A DNA stretch of 64,000 nucleotides from an uncultured Planctomycetota bacterium (lineage in GTDB: Bacteria; Planctomycetota; Planctomycetia; Isosphaerales; Isosphaeraceae), in NCBI GenBank assembly GCA_963737655.1, contig CAVTTN010000002.1, positions 4,160,001 through 4,224,000 on the forward strand, written 5' to 3'. Shown here piece by piece: positions 1-9,100 of this stretch; the stretch's first letter is position 1, and every line of letters begins with the position of its first letter. A program made the translations under genes and the position numbers. Below the pieces are notes generated by a model. That model had not been told where the DNA came from. It saw nothing but the letters and a program-made list of their open reading frames with translations, and did not search any database.

Positions 1-3000
1 GAACCAGATCGGCGCCGCCACCGCGACCGTCGTCCTCCACGGGGTCGCGACGGCCCAGGACCTCGGCAATCGCAACGACGGCGTGACGATCCTCAACGCC
101 CGGGCCAACGCCGTCTCCGGGTCGAATATCATCGTCAACAACCACGTCAACGGCGTCCAGATCGCGGGGACCTCGTCGCAGAACTACGTCCAGGACAATC
201 GGATCGGACTCGATGCCCTCAACCGGCGGGTCGCGAACCTGGCCGATGGCGTGAGGATCGACGGCGCCTCCGGCAATGTCATCGGGGGGGTCGGTCAGTC
301 CACGGGCCTCCCCGCGCCCAACGTGATCTCGGGCAACGCGGTCTCGGGGGTTGACCTCTTGAACGGGGCTTCGGGCAACCTGGTCCAGTTCAACATGGTC
401 GGCCTGGACAGCCTCGGCCTGAACGCGACGGACGTCCTCGGCAACCGCCTGGGGAACTCGTCCTACGGGATCCTGATCAGCGGGGGCCGCAGCAACACGA
501 TCGGCGGGATGGCCACCGTGAACGGTTCGGCCGTGATCGCCGGCAACCTGATCTCGGGCAATCGCCTCTACGGGGTGGCCCTGCTCAACGGGACGTCGGG
601 AGACGTCCTCGCCGGGAACTTCATCGGCCTCGACAAGTTCGGCTCGGGGGTCGTGGCGAACGAGCAGGCCGGCGTCTTCATCAACCAGTCCGGCGGCAAC
701 ACCATCGGCGGCAACTCGGCCTCGTCCCGGAACGTGATCTCCGGCAATGGCGGGGCGGGCGTCCAGATCAACGGGTCCCCGGCGGACCACTCCGGCAATC
801 TGATCGCCGGGGACTTCATCGGGACCGACGCCTCGGGGAACCTGCCTCGAGGCAACAAGTTCGACGGGGTCCAGATCACCGACTCGCCGAACAACATCGT
901 CGGCGGGACCTCTCCGTCCTACCGGGACGTGATCTCGGCGAACCTCGGGGCGGGCGTCCACATCGGCGGCTCGGGATCGACGAACAACGTCGTCGCGGGC
1001 GACTACATCGGGACGGACTTCACGGGGATCTACGGCAACGCCAGCTCCGGAGTCTCCCTGGGTAACCAGCTCGATGGCGTCTTGATCGATTCGGCCTCCT
1101 TCAACCTGGTCGGCGGCCTGTCGCCCGCGTCGCGGAACATCATCTCGAACAACATCCGCGACGGGGTCGGGATCAATAACTCCTCCTCGGGCAACGTCGT
1201 CGCGGCGAACTGGATCGGCCTGGATGCCCTGGGGATCAACGCCCAAGGTAACCTCGGCGACGGCGTGTACGTGAGCGGATCGACGGGCAACCAGATCGGC
1301 GGCGCGGGCCTGCTCGGCAACGTGATCTCAAGGAACTTCGGCAACGGAGTCCGCCTGACCGGAGAGTCCAGCCAGGGAGGGGCCAACCGGGTCCAGGGGA
1401 ACTTCATCGGGACCACGGCCTACGGGGCTGTCGCGACCATCTTCGGCGTGACCATCCCGGCGGCGGCCCCCAACCAGCTCGACGGCGTCCTCGCCGATAG
1501 CGCCGTGAACGACCTGATCGGCGGCCCCGGCAACGGCGTGGGAAGCACCCGGTCCACCCTGGGCAACGTGATCTCCGGCAACCTGGGTAACGGCGTCCAC
1601 ATCCTGAACTCGACCCAGGGCATCCTCGTCCAGGGCAACGACATCGGACTCGACGCCTCGGGCGCCTCGCTGACGGCCAACGCGGTCGATGGCGTCTTCC
1701 TGGACAACTCGGCGGCCGTCATGGTCTCCGACAATCTGATCTCCGGCAACGGCCAGGACGGCGTCGATATCCTGGCCGGTCCGGGCGGGGCGGCGGCGGC
1801 GGGCCACTCGGTCCTCCATAACCGGATTGGCACCGACTTCAGCGGGACCGTTCGCCTGGGCAATAGCGCCGCCGGGGTGTTCGTGAACAACTCGTCGAAC
1901 AACTCGATCGGTGGGATCAACGCGGCGGTCGGGGTGACCCCCTCGGCCGGCAACGTGATCTCGGCGAATGCTTCGGCCGGCGTGGTCATCTTCGGGACGC
2001 CCTCCACCGGCAACCAGGTCCTCGGCAACTTCATCGGCACCAACGCCGCCGGGACGGCCGCCCTGGGCAATGCCATCGGCGTCTACGTCCTGAACACCAC
2101 GAAGAACACCATCGGCTCGGACCGGGTCGGCGGGGGCAACGTGATCTCGGGCAACGACCAGGCGGGCGTCCAGATCGAGGGCACCACCTCGATGTACAAT
2201 CAGGTCGAGGGGAACCTCATCGGCTCGGACGCCACCGGGTCATACCTGATCAAGGACTCCACCAACCCCGAGCAAGACCTGAACAACGACTATGGCCGCC
2301 AGGGCTTCGGCGTCCTCGTCCTGAACTCGCCGATGAACCTGATCGGGCCGACGCTGCCCACCCTCCCCGGATTCAGCCAGTATTCGGCCAACCCGGCCAC
2401 GCTCGATCCCGGCGCCGGGAAGAACGTGATCTCGGGCAACGTGGTGGGAGTCCAGGTGTTCGGCATCGCCTCATCGAACAACGTGATCCAGGGCAACTAC
2501 GTCGGCACCGACCAGTCCGGCATGAGGCCGCTGTCGGTCTCCTCGACCGGCCAGGCCACCGGGCAGACGACCGCCCCGGCCGGCAACTACACCGACGGCA
2601 TCTATGTCAACAACTCCGGCCAGGTCACCGGCAGCGACACCAAGTCCAAGGGGCACAACTCGATCCTCGATAACCTGCTGACCGGCAACGGCGTCAACGG
2701 CATCCAGATCTACGGGCCTCAGTCGATCAACAACGTGATCGAGCTGAACTACATCGGCACCGACAAGACGGGGGGGACCTCGATGCTCCCCAGCTACGTC
2801 GGCTCCGACGGGCGGACGATCGTCGATGGCAACCAGTACGGGGTGCTCATCAACGGGTCCTCGTACAACACGATCGGGGCGGCGGGCGCCGGCAACCTGA
2901 TCTCGGGCAACCGAGACACCGGCATCTACCTGCTCGGGCCCAACTCGGCCACGAATTCGCAAACCCAGGGCAACAACAGCACGCTGAACGTCATCCGGGC

Positions 3001-3289
3001 GAACCGGATCGTCCGCAACGGGCAGTTCGGCGTCCTGGAGTACAACGTGCCGGTCGGGCCGCCCCTGGAAAACATCATCGACATCACCTCCAAGTCCGGG
3101 AAGAACTACTTCTCGGGCAACGCCCAGGACATCCGGCCGTTCAACGGACAGACCAAGCCGGACACCGGGGCGCCCCAGTCCAACAACCCGTATCGCAAGA
3201 AGACCAGGAAGACGAAGAAGACCGCGACCGCCAAGGCCGCCCACCCCAACCGGGCCCCGGGCTTCCATCCCAAGAAGGGAGGCAAGTGA
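1..3289 (+). CDS. Large parallel beta-helix repeat protein (secreted/surface), 5'-truncated
   Basis: Frame is open from position 2. Many degenerate N-V-I-S-G-N / G-N-F-I-G-T-D repeats, Gly/Asn-rich; ends in a Lys/His/Pro-rich basic tail. Confidence 0.85.
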   Translation, partial: NQIGAATATVVLHGVATAQDLGNRNDGVTILNARANAVSGSNIIVNNHVNGVQIAGTSSQNYVQDNRIGLDALNRRVANLADGVRIDGASGNVIGGVGQSTGLPAPNVISGNAVSGVDLLNGASGNLVQFNMVGLDSLGLNATDVLGNRLGNSSYGILISGGRSNTIGGMATVNGSAVIAGNLISGNRLYGVALLNGTSGDVLAGNFIGLDKFGSGVVANEQAGVFINQSGGNTIGGNSASSRNVISGNGGAGVQINGSPADHSGNLIAGDFIGTDASGNLPRGNKFDGVQITDSPNNIVGGTSPSYRDVISANLGAGVHIGGSGSTNNVVAGDYIGTDFTGIYGNASSGVSLGNQLDGVLIDSASFNLVGGLSPASRNIISNNIRDGVGINNSSSGNVVAANWIGLDALGINAQGNLGDGVYVSGSTGNQIGGAGLLGNVISRNFGNGVRLTGESSQGGANRVQGNFIGTTAYGAVATIFGVTIPAAAPNQLDGVLADSAVNDLIGGPGNGVGSTRSTLGNVISGNLGNGVHILNSTQGILVQGNDIGLDASGASLTANAVDGVFLDNSAAVMVSDNLISGNGQDGVDILAGPGGAAAAGHSVLHNRIGTDFSGTVRLGNSAAGVFVNNSSNNSIGGINAAVGVTPSAGNVISANASAGVVIFGTPSTGNQVLGNFIGTNAAGTAALGNAIGVYVLNTTKNTIGSDRVGGGNVISGNDQAGVQIEGTTSMYNQVEGNLIGSDATGSYLIKDSTNPEQDLNNDYGRQGFGVLVLNSPMNLIGPTLPTLPGFSQYSANPATLDPGAGKNVISGNVVGVQVFGIASSNNVIQGNYVGTDQSGMRPLSVSSTGQATGQTTAPAGNYTDGIYVNNSGQVTGSDTKSKGHNSILDNLLTGNGVNGIQIYGPQSINNVIELNYIGTDKTGGTSMLPSYVGSDGRTIVDGNQYGVLINGSSYNTIGAAGAGNLISGNRDTGIYLLGPNSATNSQTQGNNSTLNVIRANRIVRNGQFGVLEYNVPVGPPLENIIDITSKSGKNYFSGNAQDIRPFNGQTKPDTGAPQSNNPYRKKTRKTKKTATAKAAHPNRAPGFHPKKGGK

Positions 3290-3436
3290 CGCCCGCGACG
3301 AGGCCGACGATCGACGCCCCGGGGAGATTCCTCGGGGAAAGTGTGGATTCCGGGGCCGCTCTCCGGCTATCCTCGTGAACTGAAAGTTCGGGTGAGCGAA
3401 GCGGCTCGACCGCTCCCTCTAGCCAGGGAATGACCG

Positions 3437-6049
3437 ATGACCTCACGAGGGACCCCCCCCGACGACCAGGACCCGCTGGAAACCCTGGCCCAGTTCTCGG
3501 CCTCGGACCCGGCGCGTCCCCCCGTCCGGCCCACGGCCGAGATGACGCCGCCCCCGACGGCTCCCCGGGAGATGGACAATTCCCCGAGCACTCGCGATCC
3601 TTCGAGAACCCCGGACGACCTCGTCGCGGAAACCGTGCCGGTCACCCCGGCCGGATCCGGATCGACTTCCGGGTTCTCCGCCGCCCTGGGGCTCTCGGAC
3701 AAGCCCCGACCCGGCCAGATCATCTTCGACCGCTACAAGGTCGAGCGCGAGCTGGGCGAAGGCGGCATGGGGTCGGTGTGGCTCGTCCGTCACCTCGAGC
3801 TCGACGCCGATCGCGCCTTGAAGCTCATCGTCGCGGAGATCGCCGCCGACGAGCAGGTCCGCGCCCGCTTCAAGCGCGAGGCCCGGGTCATGGCCAAGTT
3901 GACCCACCCCAACGCCGTGACCGTCCACCACTCGAAGCTCGCCCGCGACTCCGCGTTCATCGAGATGGAGTACGTCCGAGGCCAGAGCCTCAACAAGATC
4001 CTCAAGCCCGGCGTCCCCATGCCCCTGGACTGGGTCGCGCGGATGGTTGAGCAGCTCTGCGACGTCCTCCAGGCCGCTCACGACCTCGGGATCGTCCATC
4101 GCGACCTGAAACCCTCCAACCTTATGCTGCTGGACGGTCGCCAGCCCGGCAAGGAACTCCTGAAGGTCCTCGACTTCGGGATCGCCAAGATCCTCACCAG
4201 CGATGGCACCGACACGGACGAGCTCCGCACCCAGACCAATACCTTCATCGGAACGGCCCATTATTCCAGCCCGGAGCAGATCCGCGGCTCGAAGATCGAC
4301 GCCCGCAGCGACCTGTACTCCACCGGCGTGATCCTTTACGAGTTCCTCACCGGACAGAGGCCGTTCAGCGGGACGGCGCAGATGCTCATCTGCGACCACC
4401 TGACCACCCCGCCTTCCCCGTTTGCCCTGAAGAACCCGCATTGCCGGGTGCCGGAAGCCGTCGAACGGGTCGTCCTGAAGTGCCTCTCGAAGGACCCGGA
4501 CGACCGTCCCCAATCGGCCCGGGAACTCTCCGAGGAGTTCCTCGACGCCGTCCAGCGCTCGACGACCGAGGGCAAGGGCCCCTCCGAGACTCGGGGGCAA
4601 AAATGGTCCGACCCCGGTCGGACCGAGGCGGCTCCGGCCGTCATGGCCCCGGTCCGTCAGCCCACCCGCCAGGGTTCGTGGCGAGACGCCTCGCAGGCCG
4701 GTTCCCTCTCCGCGAACGCCTACGACGCCACCGAGAACGCCAGCGTCGTCCAGCCCCACGAATACCCCGGCCTGACCATGACTCCCAAGGGCTTCATCCC
4801 GGGAGTCAAGAAGAAGAAGGCCGTGGGTCCCCTGATCACCTTGATCCTGATCCTGCCGCTCCTCCTGCTAGTCACGGCCGTCGGGATTCGCCTGGCGACC
4901 CGCGACGGGGGCCAGAAGCGGCTGCGAGAGGGCGAGGTTCCGCCCGACGACGGCACGACGCAATCCGGCAAGGGCTCGGCCGACAAGGGCAAGCCCTACC
5001 TGCTCAACGCCAACGCCAAGCAGTTCCTCCACCCCTGGGCCATGGATTCCTATCGCCCGGTGGAGTCCGAAGGGACGGACGACGGCTGGCCTCGGTTCCT
5101 GGAACGCATCCCCGAGTACATCGGCGCGCCGATCCGCTACTATCTCGACAAGCCCACCGGCCGGTATTATCCCGAGAAGTACGAGCCCGAGGGCGATCTG
5201 GCCGAGGATGAATGGCCCAAGTACCTCCGCCGCAAGACCGACGACGTCCGCTTCGTCCGGATCCCCGGCGGCGTCTTCCGGCTCGGGACCGGGGACAAGG
5301 TGCCGATGGCCCCCGGGGACTCGTCCAGGCCGGCCCATCGCGTGCGAATCACCGGCTTCTACATCCAGGAGCACGAGGTCACCAATCGCGAGGTCAATGA
5401 GTACGATCGGACCCTGCCGGCCCAAAATCGACTCACGTATTGGCAAAGTTATTTCAAGGACGCCCTGATCCGCCTCCCGGACGCCGCGCCGAATCACCCC
5501 GCCACCATGCTCAGCCATCGCGAGGCGGAGCTGTGCGCGGCGATCTACTTCAACGGACTCCTGCCGACCGAGGCCCAGTGGGAGTACGCCGCCCGGTCCC
5601 GGATCGGCCTGGAGAACCTGTTCATCTGGGATTGGCGGCCCGCCGACGACCCGATTCGCAAGAAGGAGGCGCGCGACCTCTGCGCGATGAACCGCGTGGG
5701 AGAGGGCGAGTGGCCCACCGTCAGCGTCGGGACCTTCTCCCGGACCGATGTCACCAAGGACGGCGTGATCGACATGAGCGGCAACGTCAGCGAATGGTGC
5801 CGGGACGTCATGGAACCCTATCAGCCCGACGAGGATCCGCACCCGAGGAATCCGACCGGCGCGAAGCGGAGCGACGTGAATTCCGACGACTACGTCTTTC
5901 GGGGAGGATCGGTCGAATCGATCGGCCCCGAGGAGTTGTACGCCACCCGTCGGATGAAGATGACCGGAGGCCAGCGCTCGCCGGTCGTCGGCTTCCGGCT
6001 GGTCCTGGAGACGCCCGACTCGCCGGGCAAGGCCGGATTGAAGCCCTGA
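3437..6049 (+). CDS. Hanks-type Ser/Thr kinase with TM helix and C-terminal FGE-sulfatase (SUMF1-like) domain
   Basis: GEGGMGSV, ALK, HRDLKPSN, DFG and SPE motifs; TM LITLILILPLLLLVTAVGI; FGE motifs HEVTN, LPTEAQWEYAAR, DMSGNVSEWC, RGGS, VGFRLV. Confidence 0.92.
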   Translation: MTSRGTPPDDQDPLETLAQFSASDPARPPVRPTAEMTPPPTAPREMDNSPSTRDPSRTPDDLVAETVPVTPAGSGSTSGFSAALGLSDKPRPGQIIFDRYKVERELGEGGMGSVWLVRHLELDADRALKLIVAEIAADEQVRARFKREARVMAKLTHPNAVTVHHSKLARDSAFIEMEYVRGQSLNKILKPGVPMPLDWVARMVEQLCDVLQAAHDLGIVHRDLKPSNLMLLDGRQPGKELLKVLDFGIAKILTSDGTDTDELRTQTNTFIGTAHYSSPEQIRGSKIDARSDLYSTGVILYEFLTGQRPFSGTAQMLICDHLTTPPSPFALKNPHCRVPEAVERVVLKCLSKDPDDRPQSARELSEEFLDAVQRSTTEGKGPSETRGQKWSDPGRTEAAPAVMAPVRQPTRQGSWRDASQAGSLSANAYDATENASVVQPHEYPGLTMTPKGFIPGVKKKKAVGPLITLILILPLLLLVTAVGIRLATRDGGQKRLREGEVPPDDGTTQSGKGSADKGKPYLLNANAKQFLHPWAMDSYRPVESEGTDDGWPRFLERIPEYIGAPIRYYLDKPTGRYYPEKYEPEGDLAEDEWPKYLRRKTDDVRFVRIPGGVFRLGTGDKVPMAPGDSSRPAHRVRITGFYIQEHEVTNREVNEYDRTLPAQNRLTYWQSYFKDALIRLPDAAPNHPATMLSHREAELCAAIYFNGLLPTEAQWEYAARSRIGLENLFIWDWRPADDPIRKKEARDLCAMNRVGEGEWPTVSVGTFSRTDVTKDGVIDMSGNVSEWCRDVMEPYQPDEDPHPRNPTGAKRSDVNSDDYVFRGGSVESIGPEELYATRRMKMTGGQRSPVVGFRLVLETPDSPGKAGLKP

Positions 6050-6117
6050 GGGGCCTTGGCGACTCGGCGAGAGCGTCACGAGGCGTCCCCTCCGCCCGTC
6101 TTCTGAAAGAAGAGTCG

Positions 6118-6161
6118 CCGGTCCGAGGCGATCCCCGACGGGGGGGATCGCCTCGGACCGG
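6118..6161. repeat. 19-bp-arm GC-rich hairpin between the kinase and caspase genes
   Basis: CCGGTCCGAGGCGATCCCC-gacggg-GGGGATCGCCTCGGACCGG; no U-tract. Confidence 0.7.
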
Positions 6162-6181
6162 CCGCCGTCGAGGGCCTCGCC

Positions 6182-9100
6182 ATGCGTCGCTCGCTGATCG
6201 CCGTCGCCCTGACGCTATGCGTAGGCCAGCCCGCCGGGGCACAGGCCCCGATCGCGGCCCCGGCCGATCGGCCCCCGCAGGTCTGGGCCGTCCTGGTCGG
6301 GGTGCAGAAGTATGACGACCCGGCAATCCCCGCCTGCGCCGGCGCCGTGGCCGATGAGGTCGCTCTCGCCGGCTGGCTCCAGAAGTCCGCGCGTTGGGAC
6401 TCGGCCAACATCTTGCGGATGGACGAGTTCGGCCAGCCCACCCACGGGCTGCCCTCTCTCCCGGTCGGCAACCTGCGACCAACCCGCGAGAACCTCGATT
6501 TCGCGCTCAAGGGCTGGCTTCGGTATCGGGTCCGCCCCGGCGACGTCGTCGTCTTCGCCTTTGCCGGTCACGGGGCGGTCGCCCCGGCCGACCCGGGGGC
6601 GAAGGCCGAAGCCCCCCGCGAGATCCTCCTGCCCATCGACGCCCGCAAGTCCGACCTCGCCCGGACCGGCTGGTCCCCGGAAGACGGCCTGGACGAGCTG
6701 GCCACCCTGTCCCCTCGCGCCGTGCTCTGCCTGATGGATACCTCGCTCCACGGCCGGGGCCAGACCGTCGCCCCGCCGGACGACCCGAAGGCCACCCTGC
6801 GATTCCTCCGCCGCCTGGCCCGATGGCCGGGGGTCTCCGCCTGGATGGCCGCCGACGGCCGACCCTCCGCCGGACCGGGCCCCGGCCCGAACTCGCACGG
6901 CCCGTTGACCGCCGCCCTGCTCCGCGGCCTGGGCGACTCGCCGAACAACGTCCGGGCCGCGCTGAACGTCATCTTCAGCGATGAGACGCTCAAGGCCCAG
7001 GGATTTCGCCCTATCGGCGGAGTGGCCCCCGAGGTCACCCTCTGGCCTTCTCAGCTCAAGAGGCCCGAACTCTTCGTCCCTCGGCTCCTCCTTCAGCAGG
7101 GCCACGCCGCGGCGATTACCGGGATGGTCGCCACTCCCGACGGCGAGGAGCTCATCACGTCCAGCGAGGATTCCACCGTCCGCCTCTGGAGGCTCTCCGA
7201 TCGCAAGCTCCTGCGGGTCTTCGGCGACCACCTCGTCGGCGTGAAGGCCGTGGGGATGACGACCGACGGCCACCTGATGGCCAGCGGCGATGGCAAGGGC
7301 CGGATCAACGTCCGAGACCTCACCCGGCCGATCGAGATGGGGATGAAGTCGGTCCCCCGACAGCCGCATTCGGTCGCGATTGAAGCCATCGAGTTCCTGC
7401 CCGAAGGCCGCGCGTTCGTCACGCTCGACGCCAAGGGGAACACCGTGGCCTGGGACGCTTCGGCCGCTGAAATCGCCACCCGCCCCTTGATGGAAGTCGC
7501 GTGCCGACGGCTCGCCACGGCCACTCTTCCGGGCCCGGTGGCGCTGGTGGTCGTGGGTTCCGATGGCCAGGTCCGCCTCTTCGGCAAGGACCTGGCGGCG
7601 GTCGGCGTGCTCGATGGCCCTCCCGAGCGCGTCACGGCCCTGGCCCTCTCGCCCGACGGCACCCGCGCCGCCGCCGGGGACGACTCCGGCCAGCTCTGGA
7701 TCTACGACCTGAAGACGAAAACCGTCACCGCCAAGCCGAAGTTCGAGGAGACCGTCGGCCTCTTGAAGTTCTCCGAAGACGGACGGCTCCTCGTGGCGTC
7801 GGGGGACGGCCTGACCGTCTTCGACCCCGACCGCAACGGGGCACGCACCGCCCTGGAGTTCGACGGCCCGGCGGCCTCCGCCTCGTTCTCTCGCGACGGT
7901 CGATGGCTCGCCGCGTTGTCGAAGATCGGCACGCTTCACCTCTGGTCCTTCGGGGCCGACGGCCGCCCCTCGCGGACAGTCTTGGCCGGCGCCGAGGGGG
8001 CCGGCTCGTTCCGGTCCGTGGCGATCGCGGCCGACTCGCGGACGGTCCTCGCCGGCGAAGCCTCGGGCGGATTCCGCCAGTGGGAGCTGCCCGACGGCGG
8101 CCTCCGCTCCCGGGTCGCGTCCCACCGAGGCCGGGTCCGCTCTCTCGCGGTCGCCAAGGGGGAAGACGGCCAGGGCCGCTACCTCCTCCAGATCACCCAC
8201 GACGGGATCGCTCAGCTCTGGGACCTCCAGGAGATCAAGGACGGTCAAACCGTCCGCACCCTCCAAGGGCTGTGGACCTCCGCCGCGTTCCTCCCTGGTG
8301 ATGCCTCGAAGCTCCTGATGACTCGCGACGCGGACTCCGGCGGGACCGTGGTGATGGTCGAAGCGGACTCGGGCAAGGTCGTCCGCGAATACCCCCGTCC
8401 CCCCTCCGCCGACGGCGGGGTCTCGGAAATCGACTTCGACCGCGTGACCGTCTCGCCCGATGGCGCCCGGGTCGCCGCCGCCGCGGCCGATGGCCGCCGG
8501 CCGATCGTCTGCGTCTGGAAGATCGAGGGCGGGCCGCCCGCCGTCCTCGCCCGCCACACCGGCTCGCCGACCGTCGTCGCGTTTTCGAGCGACGCGAAAT
8601 CGCTGCTGACCGCCGGCAAGGACGGCCTGACGATGCTCTGGGACATGGCCAAGGCTCCGGAGGTCGCCCCGGTGATCCTCGCCGCCTCGGTCCCGGGGGA
8701 AGTCATCACGGCCGCGGCCCTGGCCCCGGCCGGGCCGACCCGGATCGTCACCTGCCGCTACTCCGCCGACGACTACAAGACGCGGATCGAGACCTGGGAC
8801 CTCCCCCCCAACGGCGGCAAGCCGACGCCGATGCCCGTCCCCGGCGGGCTGATTGAAGGGATGGTCCCGGCCCTGGCCTTCACGGCCGACGGGCGATGGC
8901 TCGCGGCGTCCGGCCAGAACCGGACGATGAACGTCTGGGAGACCACCAACGGAGGCCGAAAGCTCGCCGTCCGCCCAAACCAGTTTCACGACGAGCAGGT
9001 CAACGCGCTGGTCGGCTGGCCCAAGGGGGCGATGTTCGCCTCGGGCTCGGACGATACGACGGTCCGGCTCTGGGCGCCCGAGGCCGCCCGGCCCGAGGAC

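Noticed and set aside
1..3289. Recurring AACGTGATCTC as a DNA repeat array or DGR target
   Set aside because: Explained by NVISGN protein repeats; no reverse transcriptase or template/variable repeat pair.
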